The notes under the pieces: generated by a model | Seen by the model: only the letters and a program-made list of their open reading frames with translations | The model's database searches: none | What the model was told of the DNA's origin: nothing | Shown: piece by piece, positions 32,856 to 44,915 of the stretch | Position numbering within the stretch: position 1 is the first letter of the stretch | Layout of the letters: each line of letters starts with the position of its first letter | DNA from: Candidatus Omnitrophota bacterium | GTDB lineage: Bacteria; Omnitrophota; Gorgyraeia; Gygaellales; Profunditerraquicolaceae | Direction of reading: 5' to 3' | Assembly (NCBI GenBank): GCA_049517335.1 | Contig: JBEKSD010000006.1 | Location: forward strand, 1-64,000 | DNA length: 64,000 bases | Made by a program: the position numbers and the translations under genes

Positions 32856-34955
32856 TTGAGAAAAATACCGTTAGAAAAAATCAGGAACATCGGGATTATC
32901 GCGCATATTGACGCGGGTAAAACCACGACTTCGGAAAGGATCCTTTATTATACAGGCAAGACCTATAAAATAGGCGAAGTCCATGAGGGGACCGCGACAA
33001 TGGATTGGATGGTGCAGGAGCAGGAAAGGGGAATTACCATTACTGCCGCATGCACAACATGCCATTGGCGCGACATTAATATTAATATTATTGATACTCC
33101 CGGCCACGTTGATTTTACCATTGAGGTTGAGAGGTCATTAAAGGTTTTAGACGGCGCGGTGGTGATTTTTTGCGGGGTCGGAGGGGTTGAGCCGCAGTCG
33201 GAAACCGTGTGGCGCCAGGCAGACCGTTATGACGTGCCGAGGATCGCTTTTGTGAATAAAATGGACCGCACCGGAAGCAACTTCTTTGAGGCAATCGACC
33301 AGATGCATAAAAGGTTAATGGCAAACGCAGCCGCCATTCAGCTGCCGGTAGGCAAGGAAGCAGATTTTGACAGCATTATTGATATAGTTGATAAGAAACT
33401 GGTGTATTATAAAGATGATTTGGGTAAAGATTTTGAAGTAAAAGAAATTCCGGGTGAATTCAGCGCTGAAGTGGATAAATACCGTAATATATTAATTGAG
33501 AAACTCGCCGAAGTTGACGACAAGATCATGGAAGAGTACATTCAGGGGAGGGCGATTTCAAACAAGGAAATAAAAGACGCGATACGCAGGAACACCATTG
33601 CCAATAAATTCGTTCCCGTGCTTTGTGGTTCGGCATTTAAGAACAAAGGCATTCAACTGGTGTTGGATGCGGTATGCGATTACCTGCCTTCTCCGCTAGA
33701 CCTGCCACCCGTAAAAGGGACTAATCCTGATACAGGCGAATTTGAAGAAATTGTTGCTTCTGATAAAGCGCCCTTCTGTGCGCTTTGTTTTAAAGTGGCA
33801 ACCGACCCGTTTGTGGGAAAAATTTATTTTATCCGCGTATATTCAGGGACATTATCATCCGGTTCCTATATATATAACGCGAGTAAAAGGACCAGAGAGA
33901 GGGTTATCAAGCTGCTTAAAATGCATGCCAACCGTCAGGAGATAACCGAAAGTGTTTCAACCGGAGAAATCTGCGCAGCAGTGGGCTTAAAAGAAACAAA
34001 GACCGGGGATACCCTTTGCACCGAAAAAAACCATATTTTAATTGAAGCAATGCGTTTTCCTGAGCCGGTTATCCAGCAGGCAGTGGAGCCGAAATCAAAA
34101 GATGCGCAGGAAAAATTAGGCATGGCGTTACATAAGCTTGAAGACGAAGACCCGTCGTTCCGCGTTATATACAATCAGGAAACCGGACAGACCTTAATTG
34201 CCGGGATGGGCCAGCTGCACCTTGAAATTATCATTGACAGGATTTTACGCGAATTTAACGTTGAAGCACAGGTAGGCTCTCCAGAAGTGGCGTACCGTGA
34301 GACATTGACTCGTAGAGTCACCTCTGTAGGTAAATTTATTTCCCAGAGCGGCGGCCGTGGGCAATACGGCCATTGCGTTTTAGAATTAGAGTCGCAGGAA
34401 GTTCCCGGTACAGGGATTAGCTTTGAAGATAAGATTAAATCAGGCGCCATACCGCGCGAATTTATTCCCGCGGTAAAACAGGGCGTGATGAGCGGGGCAA
34501 AAAGCGGGGTTATCGCCGGATACCCTGTGACCGACGTAAAAGTGACTTTGGTAGATGGCTCATTTCATGAAGTGGATTCTTCGGAATTAGCGTTTCAAAT
34601 GGCAGGCTCGCTTGCCTTTTCCGAAGGATTAAGGAAAGCAGGTTCTGTTTTATTGGAGCCGATTATGGATATTGAAGTTGTCGTTCCGGAAGAATTCATG
34701 GGGCAGGTTATCGGCGACTTAAGTTCCCGGAGGGCAAAGATAGTTGCGTTATCGCAGAGGCTCAACCTGCGGACCATCAGGGCGAACGTGCCTCTAGCCG
34801 AAATTTTCAATTACGCGACCTCATTAAGAAGCTTGACACAAGGCCGCGCTTCATATACAATGGAGCCTTCATTTTACACTGAAGTGCCTTCACATATAGC
34901 GGAAAAAATCATTGCAGGGCACACTACAGGAGCAACTTTAAGACGGAGTTTATAA
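32856..34955 (+). CDS. fusA: Elongation factor G
   Basis: [27 protein letters not shown]; TTG start after AGGTGG (ORF track start 32835 is the alternative). Confidence 0.98.
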   Translation: MRKIPLEKIRNIGIIAHIDAGKTTTSERILYYTGKTYKIGEVHEGTATMDWMVQEQERGITITAACTTCHWRDININIIDTPGHVDFTIEVERSLKVLDGAVVIFCGVGGVEPQSETVWRQADRYDVPRIAFVNKMDRTGSNFFEAIDQMHKRLMANAAAIQLPVGKEADFDSIIDIVDKKLVYYKDDLGKDFEVKEIPGEFSAEVDKYRNILIEKLAEVDDKIMEEYIQGRAISNKEIKDAIRRNTIANKFVPVLCGSAFKNKGIQLVLDAVCDYLPSPLDLPPVKGTNPDTGEFEEIVASDKAPFCALCFKVATDPFVGKIYFIRVYSGTLSSGSYIYNASKRTRERVIKLLKMHANRQEITESVSTGEICAAVGLKETKTGDTLCTEKNHILIEAMRFPEPVIQQAVEPKSKDAQEKLGMALHKLEDEDPSFRVIYNQETGQTLIAGMGQLHLEIIIDRILREFNVEAQVGSPEVAYRETLTRRVTSVGKFISQSGGRGQYGHCVLELESQEVPGTGISFEDKIKSGAIPREFIPAVKQGVMSGAKSGVIAGYPVTDVKVTLVDGSFHEVDSSELAFQMAGSLAFSEGLRKAGSVLLEPIMDIEVVVPEEFMGQVIGDLSSRRAKIVALSQRLNLRTIRANVPLAEIFNYATSLRSLTQGRASYTMEPSFYTEVPSHIAEKIIAGHTTGATLRRSL

Positions 34956-34975
34956 ATTAAACAGGAGGGAAAGAG

Positions 34976-36175
34976 ATGGCTAAAGAAAAATTTGTAAGGA
35001 CGAAACCCCATGTAAATATCGGAACCATCGGCCATATCGACCATGGTAAAACAACCCTTACTGCAGCGATTACTGCCGTGCAGGCGAAGTTAGGCAAAGC
35101 GACGGCAAGAGAGTATGCCGATATTGCAAAGGGCGGGACCGTAAGAGATGAGACAAAGGTAGTAACTATTTCAGTTGCCCACGTTGAATATGAAACCGAT
35201 ATCCGCCATTACGCGCATATTGACTGCCCGGGCCACGCTGATTACATCAAGAATATGATTACCGGCGCAGCGCAGATGGACGGAGCAATACTGGTTGTTT
35301 CCGCAGCCGACGGCCCCATGCCTCAGACCAGAGAGCATATCCTGTTAGCGCGGCAGGTCAACGTTCCTTCCATGGTCGTATTCCTTAATAAAGTTGATCT
35401 GGTAACCGACAAGGAATTGCTTGATTTAGTGGAGATGGAAGTCAGGGACCTTTTGACCAAATACGGCTATCCCGGAGACAAAACTCCTATTATCAGAGGA
35501 AGCGCTTCAAAAGCCATCACCGCAGACCCTTCAAGCGAAGATGCCAAATGCATACTGGAGCTTATGAAGGCAGTAGATGAGTTCATTCCTCTTCCTGTCA
35601 GAGAGCTTGATAAGCCTTTACTAATGGCAGTTGAAGATGTATTCAGCATTGAAGGCAGGGGAACCGTAGGCACAGGAAGAATTGAACGCGGTAAGGTTAA
35701 AATCGGCGAAGAAGTTGAATTAGTAGGGTTACGCCCGGAAGTAAAGAAGACGGTTGTTACAGGCATAGAAATGTTCAGAAAGACTATGGATGAAGCTCAG
35801 GCCGGCGATAACGTCGGGCTGCTTTTAAGAGGCGTTGAAAAAGGCGACATTGAGCGCGGCATGGTCATTGCAGCGCCCAAATCCATTACGCCGCACACCA
35901 AGTTCAAGGCGCAGGTGTATATTTTAACCAAAGAAGAAGGCGGAAGGCACACGCCGTTTTTTACCGGTTACAGGCCGCAGTTTTATTTCAGGACTACCGA
36001 TGTTACCGGAAGTGCCAAGCTGCCTCAGGGCGTTGAAATGGTTATGCCCGGCGACAACGTAACTATGGAAGTTGAACTTATTACGCCTATCGCCATGGAG
36101 AAGGAATCCCGTTTTGCGATTCGCGAGGGAGGACACACCGTAGGCGCAGGCGTTGTAACAGAGGTTATTGCTTAA
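34976..36175 (+). CDS. tuf: Elongation factor Tu
   Basis: [31 protein letters not shown]. Confidence 0.99.
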   Translation: MAKEKFVRTKPHVNIGTIGHIDHGKTTLTAAITAVQAKLGKATAREYADIAKGGTVRDETKVVTISVAHVEYETDIRHYAHIDCPGHADYIKNMITGAAQMDGAILVVSAADGPMPQTREHILLARQVNVPSMVVFLNKVDLVTDKELLDLVEMEVRDLLTKYGYPGDKTPIIRGSASKAITADPSSEDAKCILELMKAVDEFIPLPVRELDKPLLMAVEDVFSIEGRGTVGTGRIERGKVKIGEEVELVGLRPEVKKTVVTGIEMFRKTMDEAQAGDNVGLLLRGVEKGDIERGMVIAAPKSITPHTKFKAQVYILTKEEGGRHTPFFTGYRPQFYFRTTDVTGSAKLPQGVEMVMPGDNVTMEVELITPIAMEKESRFAIREGGHTVGAGVVTEVIA

Positions 36176-36182
36176 ATATAAC

Positions 36183-36482
36183 ATGCAAAAAATCAGGATT
36201 AGGTTAAAAGCTTATGACCATCGCCTGCTAGATCAGGCGGTGACCGAGATAGTAGAGACTGCAAAGCGCACAGGCGCGCGTATCTGCGGGCCTGTGCCTT
36301 TGCCTACGAAAAAAGAGCTCTATACCGTATTACGCTCACCCGTGATTGACAAGAAATCCCGTGAGCAGTTTAACCTTTCAACGCATAAGCGGCTCATTGA
36401 TATATATGAACCGACAGCCAAGACTATTGATTCTTTAAGGAAGCTTAATCTTCCTGCCGGCGTTGACGTGGAAATCAAATAA
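36183..36482 (+). CDS. rpsJ: 30S ribosomal protein S10
   Basis: [23 protein letters not shown]. Confidence 0.98.
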   Translation: MQKIRIRLKAYDHRLLDQAVTEIVETAKRTGARICGPVPLPTKKELYTVLRSPVIDKKSREQFNLSTHKRLIDIYEPTAKTIDSLRKLNLPAGVDVEIK

Positions 36483-36498
36483 TTAAATCAGGCTAAAT

Positions 36499-37155
36499 AT
36501 GGCAACGGCAATATTAGGGAAAAAAATCGGGATGACGCAAATTTTTAACGAAGCCGGCAATTGGGTCGGAGTAACCGCAATTGAGGCTGGTCCTTGCCCC
36601 ATTCTGGCGGTAAAGGAAAAAAACGTCCAGATCGGCTTTGATTTGGCGAAAGAAAAACAGCTTAAAAAGCCCATCCTTGGAATTTTTAAAAAATTGAATA
36701 TTGCTCCCCGTAAGTTTATCAGAGAATTCATAAAAGATGCGGGAAAGGAATATAAAGTAGGGGATGAGTTGAGGGTTGATATGTTCTCAAACGGTGATTT
36801 TGTGGATGTAACCGGCATAACGATAGGTAAAGGGTTCCAAGGTGGCATGAAGCGTTGGAATTGGCACGGCGGGCCGATGTCTCATGGTTCTACTTCGCGC
36901 CGGCGCATTGGCTCCATCGGTTCAACTACCACTCCCGGTAGGGTCTTTAAAGGGCATCATCTTCCCGGGCATATGGGTAATGTACGCTCAACAATGCAGA
37001 ATTTAAAGGTGGTCAGGATAGATTTAGAGAATAATATTTTGCTGGTAAGGGGCGCGGTGCCGGGCCATAAGAACGGTTACCTTATCATTAAAAAAGCGAA
37101 AAAGAAAGTCTTTAAGCCAAAAGCAGAAGTTAAAAAGGAAACTAAAAAGAAGTGA
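36499..37155 (+). CDS. rplC: 50S ribosomal protein L3
   Basis: GKKIGMTQ, GKGFQG..KRW, GAVPG. Confidence 0.98.
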   Translation: MATAILGKKIGMTQIFNEAGNWVGVTAIEAGPCPILAVKEKNVQIGFDLAKEKQLKKPILGIFKKLNIAPRKFIREFIKDAGKEYKVGDELRVDMFSNGDFVDVTGITIGKGFQGGMKRWNWHGGPMSHGSTSRRRIGSIGSTTTPGRVFKGHHLPGHMGNVRSTMQNLKVVRIDLENNILLVRGAVPGHKNGYLIIKKAKKKVFKPKAEVKKETKKK

Positions 37156-37163
37156 TATAAGAT

Positions 37164-37808
37164 ATGTTTACTTTACCTATATATAATCAGGAAGGCAAGG
37201 AAGTAGATACGATAAAGCTTAACGAAAAAGTCTTTGACGGCATAGTTAACGCTGAGGCGATATATCAGGCGATAAATTCCTATAGGGCGAATCAACGTAA
37301 GGGGTTGGCTGCAACTAAGACTAGAGGCGAAGTATCCGGCGGCGGCAAAAAACCATGGAAGCAGAAAGGCACAGGCAGGGCAAGAGTAGGTTCCATACGT
37401 TCTCCCCTTTGGCGCCACGGCGGCGTTGTTTTCGGGCCTCATCCGCGTGATTTTTATTTTAGTATCCCTCAAAAAATTAAAACTTTGGCCTTAAGGTCAA
37501 GCCTTAATGAAAAGTTAAACGAAAATAATTTCGTGGTTTTGGACGATTTTAAGCTTACCGAAACCAAGACAAAAGAAGGTGTGAGGGTTTTTGATAACCT
37601 TAAATTAGGTTTTAAGAAAACAGGAAGCTCTAAGGACATCATACTTTTACTCGATAAAATTGAAAAGAAGGAAAAGCTTGCTTTACGCAACATCGGGTTC
37701 CTGAATTTGAACCTGGCGCGCGATACGCACGCTTACGAAGTTTTGAAACATAAAAAACTGGTAATTACCAAGAGTGCTCTGACAGAGCTTACTAAAAGGT
37801 TTAAATAA
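37164..37808 (+). CDS. rplD: 50S ribosomal protein L4
   Basis: KTRGEVSGGGKKPWKQKGTGRAR. Confidence 0.98.
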   Translation: MFTLPIYNQEGKEVDTIKLNEKVFDGIVNAEAIYQAINSYRANQRKGLAATKTRGEVSGGGKKPWKQKGTGRARVGSIRSPLWRHGGVVFGPHPRDFYFSIPQKIKTLALRSSLNEKLNENNFVVLDDFKLTETKTKEGVRVFDNLKLGFKKTGSSKDIILLLDKIEKKEKLALRNIGFLNLNLARDTHAYEVLKHKKLVITKSALTELTKRFK

Positions 37809-38086
37809 TGCTTGACGTACAGAATACAATCAAAGCGCTTATCCGGACTGAGAAATCGTCCTTGAAAGAACCGCAAGGCAAGTATCTTTTTTTGGTAAAT
37901 AATTCCGCGAATAAAATACAGATAAAAAATGCGGTGGAGCAGCTTTATAAAGTAAAAGTGAAGTGCGTTAATACTTATGTCTCCTTGGGGAAATTGAAAA
38001 AGGTAAGGTATCAGCTTGGCCGCACCCCCGACATTAAGAAAGCAATCGTGACCTTAAAAGAAGGCCAGAAGATAGAGACGGTATAA
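37808..38086 (+). CDS. rplW: 50S ribosomal protein L23
   Basis: [21 protein letters not shown]. Confidence 0.96.
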   Translation: MLDVQNTIKALIRTEKSSLKEPQGKYLFLVNNSANKIQIKNAVEQLYKVKVKCVNTYVSLGKLKKVRYQLGRTPDIKKAIVTLKEGQKIETV

Positions 38087-38087
38087 A

Positions 38088-38924
38088 ATGGGAATAATAA
38101 AATTCAAACCTACAACACCATCAAGGCGCCATATGACCGGCGCGGATTTCGCGGAGATAACCAAGGATAAACCGGAAAAGTCGCTTTTACTTCCTTTAAA
38201 GAGGAGCGGAGGCAGGAATGCTTACGGCCGCATTACCACGAGGCATATCGGCGGCGGACATAAGAGAATGCTGCGCATTGTGGATTTTAAGCGTAACCTC
38301 ATTGATATGCCGGCTAAAGTCTTATCAATAGAGTACGACCCGAACCGTTCATCCCGGATTGCGCTGTTGGAATATGAGAATAAAGAAAAAAGGTATATTA
38401 TCGCGCCTGCCGGGCTTAAGGTCGGAGATACCGTTGTTTCTTCCAATCAAAAAGAAGCGGAAATAAAAACAGGCAACTGCCTTTTATTAAAGAATATCCC
38501 TTCCGGCACCTTAATTCATAATATTGAATTAAAACAAGGGCAGGGAGGACAGATTGTCAGGAGCGCAGGCTCAAGCGCGCAGATTATGGCAAAAGAGGGT
38601 GATTATGCGCATATAAGGCTGCCATCAGGCGAGGTCAGGTTGGTTAGCCTTGCTTGTCGCGCCACAGTCGGCCAGATAGGAAACATTGAGCATGAAGCGT
38701 TAAGGCTGGGAAAAGCCGGTAAGAGCAGGCAATTAGGGATACGGCCTACTGTCCGCGGCCTTGCCATGAACCCTGTTGACCATCCTCACGGCGGAGGCGA
38801 AGGTAAATCCGGGCAAGGTAATCCTCATCCGGTCTCCAAGTGGGGTATGCCTACAAAGGGTTACAGGACCAGAAAACCAAACCGTTATTCACAAATATTC
38901 ATCGTTAAAAGAAGGAAGCCATAA
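38088..38924 (+). CDS. rplB: 50S ribosomal protein L2
   Basis: [20 protein letters not shown]. Confidence 0.99.
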   Translation: MGIIKFKPTTPSRRHMTGADFAEITKDKPEKSLLLPLKRSGGRNAYGRITTRHIGGGHKRMLRIVDFKRNLIDMPAKVLSIEYDPNRSSRIALLEYENKEKRYIIAPAGLKVGDTVVSSNQKEAEIKTGNCLLLKNIPSGTLIHNIELKQGQGGQIVRSAGSSAQIMAKEGDYAHIRLPSGEVRLVSLACRATVGQIGNIEHEALRLGKAGKSRQLGIRPTVRGLAMNPVDHPHGGGEGKSGQGNPHPVSKWGMPTKGYRTRKPNRYSQIFIVKRRKP

Positions 38925-38926
38925 TA

Positions 38927-39214
38927 ATGCCTAGATCATTAAAAAAAGGGCCTTACGTTGAAGAGAGCTTATTGAAGAAAGTTGAGCGGCTGCGCGGTTC
39001 AGGGATACGGCAGGCGATAAAGACCTGGTCGCGCAGGTCAACGATAATCCCTGACTTTGTCGGCCTGACATTCGCGGTTTACGACGGTAAGAAACACGTC
39101 CCTGTTTTTGTCACGGAAAACATGGTCGGGCATAAATTGGGTGAATTTTCCCCGAGCCGCATATTCAGGAAGCACGGCGGCGTAAAAGCCAAGAAAGCCG
39201 TAGAAAAAACTTAA
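38927..39214 (+). CDS. rpsS: 30S ribosomal protein S19
   Basis: [21 protein letters not shown]. Confidence 0.99.
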   Translation: MPRSLKKGPYVEESLLKKVERLRGSGIRQAIKTWSRRSTIIPDFVGLTFAVYDGKKHVPVFVTENMVGHKLGEFSPSRIFRKHGGVKAKKAVEKT

Positions 39215-39217
39215 AAG

Positions 39218-39559
39218 ATGATTGCTAAAGCCGAAGCTAAATTTATAAGGTTGTCGCCGCCAAAGGTAAGGCAAGTAATGGATTTAATCAGGAATAAGGA
39301 TGTCTCTTCAGCGGTGAGCATACTGCTTCATTTGAACAAAAGGCCGAAAGAGCACCTTTTGAAGATCTTAAAATCCGCCATTGCCAACGCCAAACATAAA
39401 GGTTTTAATGCGGAGCAGCTTTACATTTCAAAAATCGTCTGTAATGTAGGGCCGAGCTGGAAAAGGTTTAAGGCCGCGGCATTCGGAAGGGCCGCTCCTA
39501 TATTAAAAAGGACTTCGCATATCAGGATAGAGCTGGATTTAAAAGGGGAGAATAAATAA
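39218..39559 (+). CDS. rplV: 50S ribosomal protein L22
   Basis: RLSP.KVR, SAIANA, GRA..I.KRTSHI. Confidence 0.97.
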   Translation: MIAKAEAKFIRLSPPKVRQVMDLIRNKDVSSAVSILLHLNKRPKEHLLKILKSAIANAKHKGFNAEQLYISKIVCNVGPSWKRFKAAAFGRAAPILKRTSHIRIELDLKGENK

Positions 39560-40240
39560 ATGGGCCAGAAGGTACATCCGTTTATATTAAGAGTCGGTTT
39601 CATCAGGACATGGAACAGCCGCTGGTTTGCAAAGACAAAGAGTTACCCTAAGTTCATCCATCAGGACTATAAGATCCGCGCCTTTATCAAGAAGAAATTT
39701 AAGATAGCCGCTATTTCCAAAATAATAATAGAGAGGCTTGCTGATAAAATCAGGATACGCATATTCTCCGCCCGGCCCGGCCTTATCATCGGCAGGCACG
39801 GTTCCGATATTGAGCGCTTAAGGGAGGATTTGAATACGTTGACCAATACCGAGACATCCATTGATATTGAAGAGATAAAGAACCCGGCGCTTGACGCGCA
39901 GCTTGTCGCGGAAAATATTGCCGGGCAACTTGAAAAAAGAATAGCCTTCAGGCGGGCGGTAAAGCGGGCGATGGAGCAGACAATGAATGCCGGAGCAAAA
40001 GGTATCAGGACCTGTTGTTCAGGCCGCCTAAACGGGGCTGAAATGGGCCGCACTGAAACATATAGGATAGGTTCAATACCCCTTCAGACTCTGCGCGCGG
40101 ATATTGATTACGGCTTTGCCGAAGCCTTGACCACTTACGGCCTTATCGGCGTCAAGGTATGGATTTACAAAGGTGATGTTTTAAGTAAAAAAGGGCCGCA
40201 GGAAATTGCCGAAGAGGAAATTCAAAGTAAGAAAGGTTAA
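39560..40240 (+). CDS. rpsC: 30S ribosomal protein S3
   Basis: [25 protein letters not shown]. Confidence 0.99.
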   Translation: MGQKVHPFILRVGFIRTWNSRWFAKTKSYPKFIHQDYKIRAFIKKKFKIAAISKIIIERLADKIRIRIFSARPGLIIGRHGSDIERLREDLNTLTNTETSIDIEEIKNPALDAQLVAENIAGQLEKRIAFRRAVKRAMEQTMNAGAKGIRTCCSGRLNGAEMGRTETYRIGSIPLQTLRADIDYGFAEALTTYGLIGVKVWIYKGDVLSKKGPQEIAEEEIQSKKG

Positions 40241-40245
40241 TTGTT

Positions 40246-40662
40246 ATGCCCTTAATGCCCAAGAGAGTAAAATACCGCAAATTACAAAAAGGCCAAAGGC
40301 GCGGTATTGCTACAAGCGGAGCTGTGCTTGCTTTTGGGGAATTTGGATTAAAATCCCTTGAGAACGGATGGCTGAAGAATACCCAGATTGAAGCAGTGCG
40401 CGTCATTATTGCCCGGCAATTGAGCAAAGGCGGAAAACTCTGGATAAGGGCGTTTCCCGATAAGTCTATTACCAAGAAACCGGCTGAAGTCCGTATGGGT
40501 AAGGGAAAGGGAGACCTTGACCATTGGGTTGCGGTAGTCAGGAGAGGCAGGATTTTATTTGAGTTAGGCGGTATCCCTGAAGAATATGCCAAGATGTGTT
40601 TTAGGCTGGCTGCGTATAAGTTACCTTTAAGGACTAAATTCATAACAAGGGCACATAAATAA
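40246..40662 (+). CDS. rplP: 50S ribosomal protein L16
   Basis: [21 protein letters not shown]. Confidence 0.99.
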   Translation: MPLMPKRVKYRKLQKGQRRGIATSGAVLAFGEFGLKSLENGWLKNTQIEAVRVIIARQLSKGGKLWIRAFPDKSITKKPAEVRMGKGKGDLDHWVAVVRRGRILFELGGIPEEYAKMCFRLAAYKLPLRTKFITRAHK

Positions 40663-40663
40663 G

Positions 40664-40855
40664 ATGAAGATAACGGAATTAAAAGCATTGTCAAGAGAAG
40701 AGCTGCTGGTAAAAGAAAAATCCCTGAAAGAGGAATTATCAAAACTTAACCTGCAGCGCTACGCTGGCAGGGTGGAAAAACCGCATATGTTTTCTTTAGT
40801 GAAAAAAGACATTGCCCGAATTAAGACGTTACTTAATAGTCAGAAAGAGAAATAG
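40664..40855 (+). CDS. rpmC: 50S ribosomal protein L29
   Basis: ELK.LS..EL, KKDIARIKT. Confidence 0.95.
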   Translation: MKITELKALSREELLVKEKSLKEELSKLNLQRYAGRVEKPHMFSLVKKDIARIKTLLNSQKEK

Positions 40856-40856
40856 T

Positions 40857-41135
40857 ATGGGACATAGGCGCGAATATACTGGTACGGTTGTAAGCGACAA
40901 AATGCAAAAAACTGTGATTGTAAAGATTATGCATTTAAGCAAGCACCCCAAGTATTCAAAGATTATAAAGCATTATAATAAATTTAAGGCCCACGACGAA
41001 AAGGCTGAGGCAAAGTTAGGCGATACCGTGCTTATAGCGGAAACCCGGCCGCTTTCAAGAGACAAGCGTTTCAGGGTGGTAAAAGTAGTAAAGAAAGCCG
41101 AAGCTGCTAATATTGCGTTAAAAGAGGAGATTTAA
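40857..41135 (+). CDS. rpsQ: 30S ribosomal protein S17
   Basis: GTVVSDKMQKT, HPKY, ETRPLS. Confidence 0.97.
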   Translation: MGHRREYTGTVVSDKMQKTVIVKIMHLSKHPKYSKIIKHYNKFKAHDEKAEAKLGDTVLIAETRPLSRDKRFRVVKVVKKAEAANIALKEEI

Positions 41136-41504
41136 ATGATTCAGCTGCGCACAATTCTGGATGTGGCGGACAACACCGGGGCAAAGAGGGCCTCTTTTAT
41201 CTGCGTACTGGGTAAGAAAAACTGCCAACATGCCGAAATCGGGGACGTCATTAACGTAAATATCAAGGAGTCTTCACCGGATGCCACGGTAAAAAAAGGC
41301 GAAAAAGCAAAAGCGGTAATCGTGCGCACCAAATCCCCGATCAGGAGGCCTGATGGGACAATCCTGCGTTTTGACCGTAATGCGGTAGTATTTATCGACA
41401 CTACGATGAACCCGAGGGGTACGCGGGTATTCGGGCCGGTAGCCCGTGAATTAAGGGAAAAGAATTTTACCAAGATTATTTCTTTGGCTCCAGAGGTAAT
41501 TTAA
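41136..41504 (+). CDS. rplN: 50S ribosomal protein L14
   Basis: [21 protein letters not shown]. Confidence 0.99.
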   Translation: MIQLRTILDVADNTGAKRASFICVLGKKNCQHAEIGDVINVNIKESSPDATVKKGEKAKAVIVRTKSPIRRPDGTILRFDRNAVVFIDTTMNPRGTRVFGPVARELREKNFTKIISLAPEVI

Positions 41505-41815
41505 TGTCTAAATTAAGAAAAGGCGATATTATTCAGGTCACTAAAGGCAAAGATAAAGGCAAGAAAGGCAAGATACTGAACCTTATTCCCGAAACAAGCC
41601 GTGCGCTTGTTGAGGGTATTAATACCGTAAAGAAACATAAGCGCGCCACGCGTCAGGATGAAAAAGGCGGGATTGTAACAATTGAAAAACCTATAAGTAC
41701 GGCTAATATCATGTTTTATTGTAAATCCTGCAATAAACCCGTGCGGCTCGGTTTTTCAATACCCAAAGGCGGCGCTAAGATAAGAATCTGTAAAATCTGT
41801 AAAGAGGCAGTATAA
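41504..41815 (+). CDS. rplX: 50S ribosomal protein L24
   Basis: KOW GKDKGKKG, VEGIN..KKH. Confidence 0.97.
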   Translation: MSKLRKGDIIQVTKGKDKGKKGKILNLIPETSRALVEGINTVKKHKRATRQDEKGGIVTIEKPISTANIMFYCKSCNKPVRLGFSIPKGGAKIRICKICKEAV

Positions 41816-42367
41816 ATGATACCCAGATTACTTGAAAGATACCGTAAGGAAATAATCCCCGCAATGATGTCCGCTTTTAAGATCAAGAATAAAATGGCGG
41901 TGCCGAGCATTGAAAAAATCGTGGTGAATATGGGCGTGGGAGAAGCGTTAACGGACGTAAAGATAATCGAGAAGGCTATGGATGACCTTGCTTTGATTAC
42001 CGGGCAGAGGCCGATACTACGCAGGGCCAAGAAGGCGATTGCCAATTTTAAGATCAAACAAGGTTCTCCGATAGGGACAAAAGTGACGCTCAGGCGCGCT
42101 ATGATGTATGAATTCATGGACAGGCTTATTAACGTAGCGCTTCCGAGAATCCGCGATTTCCGCGGGGTTTCACCGAATGCTTTTGATCAAGGGGGGAATT
42201 TTACTTTAGGTTTGACTGAGCACGGAATTTTTCCCGAGATTGAATACGATAAAATTACGCGCGTTCAGGGTATGGATATAACGTTCGTAATTAAAAACGC
42301 GAAGTCTAAAGAACAGGCAAGGGAACTACTGAAGTTGTTTGGTGTGCCTTTCGGAACCGGGGAATAA
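41816..42367 (+). CDS. rplE: 50S ribosomal protein L5
   Basis: [22 protein letters not shown]. Confidence 0.99.
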   Translation: MIPRLLERYRKEIIPAMMSAFKIKNKMAVPSIEKIVVNMGVGEALTDVKIIEKAMDDLALITGQRPILRRAKKAIANFKIKQGSPIGTKVTLRRAMMYEFMDRLINVALPRIRDFRGVSPNAFDQGGNFTLGLTEHGIFPEIEYDKITRVQGMDITFVIKNAKSKEQARELLKLFGVPFGTGE

Positions 42368-42368
42368 T

Positions 42369-42554
42369 ATGGCAAAGAATTCACAATTGGCAAGATGGAA
42401 GAGGCCAGCTAAGTTTTCAACCCGTAAGCATAACCGCTGCGCGATATGCGGGAGAAGCGGCGGGTATCTGCGCAGGTTTGAACTCTGCCGTATATGTTTC
42501 AGGGAATTGGCATGGCAGGGGCTGATCCCCGGCGTTAAAAAAGCAAGCTGGTAA
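42369..42554 (+). CDS. rpsN: 30S ribosomal protein S14 type Z
   Basis: RCAICGR...[17 protein letters not shown]. Confidence 0.97.
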   Translation: MAKNSQLARWKRPAKFSTRKHNRCAICGRSGGYLRRFELCRICFRELAWQGLIPGVKKASW

Positions 42555-42568
42555 ATTAAGGAGCATAA

Positions 42569-42964
42569 ATGTCAAGAACCGATTTAATAGCCGATTCATT
42601 TACAGTCATAAGAAATGCGATAATGGCTAAGAAAGAAAACGTAGATATCCCTTCTTCCAATACCATTAAGGCCATCATGGATATCTTAAAAAGAGAATCC
42701 TACATTGAGGATTTTAAGATTATTGACGATAAGAAGCAGGGCATTGCCCGCGTTTACCTGAAATACCTGGCCGGCAAATCCGCGATTAAAAATATAAAGA
42801 GAATTTCGCGGCCTTCTTTGCGGGTTTATGTAAAAAAGGCGAAAGTCCCCGCGGTATTAAGGGGCAGGGGGTTGGCGATCGTATCTACCTCAAAAGGGAT
42901 AATTACCGATAAAGAAGCCCGGGAAGCAAATCTCGGCGGCGAAATTATCGGATACGTCTGGTAA
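42569..42964 (+). CDS. rpsH: 30S ribosomal protein S8
   Basis: IRNA, RISRPSLRVY, STSKG, GGEI. Confidence 0.98.
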   Translation: MSRTDLIADSFTVIRNAIMAKKENVDIPSSNTIKAIMDILKRESYIEDFKIIDDKKQGIARVYLKYLAGKSAIKNIKRISRPSLRVYVKKAKVPAVLRGRGLAIVSTSKGIITDKEAREANLGGEIIGYVW

Positions 42965-42999
42965 ATTAGGTTCCTTGGATAAAAGTATAAGGTGCTCAA

Positions 43000-43545
43000 A
43001 TGTCAAGAATAGGAAAGAAGCCGGTAGCGATACCGGCAGGCGTTAAAGTCGAAGTTAAAGACGGGATTATTTTTGTTGAAGGTCTGAAAGGGAAATTAAA
43101 CCGTCATTTATCCGACAGGATTACTGTTGAAATAAAAGACGCTCAGGTTTTTGTAAGGCGCGTTGCTGATACGAAAATGGACAGGGCGCTTCACGGTCTA
43201 TACCGGGCGCTTATTAATAATATGATTAAGGGTGTAAACGAAGGCTATGTTAAAGAGCTAGAAATAATCGGAGTCGGTTTTAAGGCAACAGTGCAAGGTA
43301 ATAATTTAACCTTAACCTTGGGGTTTTCTCATCCGGTAAATTTGGCGATCCCCGAAGGCATAAAAATTGAAACTCCCAAACCGACCCAGCTAGTAATAAG
43401 AAGTATTGACAAAGAGCAAATCGGCAAAATTGCTACTGAAATACGCGCAATTTACCCCCCGGAGCCTTATAAGGGCAAGGGCATACGTTTCGTAGGCGAA
43501 TACGTCAAGAAGAAAGTCGGCAAAGCCCAGGCAACTACTAAATAA
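43000..43545 (+). CDS. rplF: 50S ribosomal protein L6
   Basis: MSRIGK, LGFSHP, PEPYKGKG. Confidence 0.99.
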   Translation: MSRIGKKPVAIPAGVKVEVKDGIIFVEGLKGKLNRHLSDRITVEIKDAQVFVRRVADTKMDRALHGLYRALINNMIKGVNEGYVKELEIIGVGFKATVQGNNLTLTLGFSHPVNLAIPEGIKIETPKPTQLVIRSIDKEQIGKIATEIRAIYPPEPYKGKGIRFVGEYVKKKVGKAQATTK

Positions 43546-43546
43546 G

Positions 43547-43906
43547 ATGAATAAAAAAGAACAATCAAGGTCAAAGAGGCATAACAGGATTAAAATGCGC
43601 ATGTTCGGGACAATGGAAAAGCCGCGTTTAGTTATCAAGCGCAGCATTAACAATATTGCCGCGCAGTTAATTGATGATGCGCAGGCCAAGGTAATTTTTG
43701 CTTATTCAACAGCCAATAAAGAAGTTAAACAGAAGGCAGGAAACGGCGGTAATGTGAAGGCTGCGTCTATTTTCGGGGAACTTTTTGCCCAAAAGGCAAA
43801 GGAAAAAGGTGTCTCTAGGATAATTTTTGACCGCGCCGGCTATTTATACCATGGCCGCGTAAAAGCATTTGCGGATGCCGCAAGAAAGGGCGGATTGGAA
43901 TTTTAA
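43547..43906 (+). CDS. rplR: 50S ribosomal protein L18
   Basis: PRL, AQLIDD, FDR.GY.YHGRV. Confidence 0.98.
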   Translation: MNKKEQSRSKRHNRIKMRMFGTMEKPRLVIKRSINNIAAQLIDDAQAKVIFAYSTANKEVKQKAGNGGNVKAASIFGELFAQKAKEKGVSRIIFDRAGYLYHGRVKAFADAARKGGLEF

Positions 43907-43908
43907 AC

Positions 43909-44361
43909 ATGCGTGAACTGAATATTGAACAGCAGACAGAGCTTATTGAAAAAATAATCACCATTAACCGCGTTACCAAAGTAACCAAGGGCGGCAAGAA
44001 GCTGCATTTTAGCGCTTTAGTTGTCGTAGGAGATACGAAAGGGAGAGTGGGGTTTGCTTTGGATAAGGCAAATGAAGTGGCTGACGCTATACGTAAATCC
44101 CTGACTAAAGCTAAGAAGAGTTTATTCAAAGTCCCCCTAGAAGGTTCAAGTATCCCCCATGAGATTACCGGCCATTACGGAGCGGCAAAGGTTTTGCTTA
44201 AACCTGCTTCCGAGGGAACAGGCGTTATCGCCGCAGGACCTGTCCGCGCCATATGCGAAGCCGTGGGGATAAAAGATATTCTTACCAAGTGTTTAAAATC
44301 CAATAACCCGGTCAATGTAATTAAAGCTACGGTTGACGGGCTTAAAAACTTAAAAACATGA
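43909..44361 (+). CDS. rpsE: 30S ribosomal protein S5
   Basis: [22 protein letters not shown]. Confidence 0.98.
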   Translation: MRELNIEQQTELIEKIITINRVTKVTKGGKKLHFSALVVVGDTKGRVGFALDKANEVADAIRKSLTKAKKSLFKVPLEGSSIPHEITGHYGAAKVLLKPASEGTGVIAAGPVRAICEAVGIKDILTKCLKSNNPVNVIKATVDGLKNLKT

Positions 44362-44915
44362 AAAAGGCAGCCCCTAAGAAGGAAGTAAAAGAAACTAAAG
44401 TTAAGCCGAAAACAAAAGCTTCAAAGAAAGTTATGAAGAAGGGAGAGAAAAAACTTATCTTCGGCTTGCATAATTTAACCGCCCCAAAGGGCGCCCATAA
44501 AAAGAAAAAACTTTTAGGCAGGGGAAGCAGCTCTGGCCACGGCAAGACATCTACCCGCGGAAGTAAGGGGCAGACGTCCCGCGCAGGCAGGCATTTTTAT
44601 CTCGGGTTTGAAGGAGGGCAATCGCCTTTAATCCGCAGGATGCCTAAGCTCGGGTTTACTCCTCCGGTAAAGAAAGAATTCCAGCTTGTAAACCTGAAAG
44701 ACTTGAATAAGATAAAAGACGCAGTGGTGACTCCTGAATTCCTTGAAACCAAAGGCCTCATTAGGGATAAATCAAAACTTATTAAAGTGCTTGGGGACGG
44801 AGAAATCAAGCACGCTTTGACCGTACAGGCGCATGCCTTCTCAAAAAGAGCAGGGCAGGAAATTGAGAAAGCAGGCGGTAAGATAGAAATCATTAATGTT
44901 CAGCGCATTAGTTAA
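44358..44915 (+). CDS. rplO: 50S ribosomal protein L15 with Lys-rich N-terminal extension
   Basis: [25 protein letters not shown]. Confidence 0.96.
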   Translation: MKKAAPKKEVKETKVKPKTKASKKVMKKGEKKLIFGLHNLTAPKGAHKKKKLLGRGSSSGHGKTSTRGSKGQTSRAGRHFYLGFEGGQSPLIRRMPKLGFTPPVKKEFQLVNLKDLNKIKDAVVTPEFLETKGLIRDKSKLIKVLGDGEIKHALTVQAHAFSKRAGQEIEKAGGKIEIINVQRIS

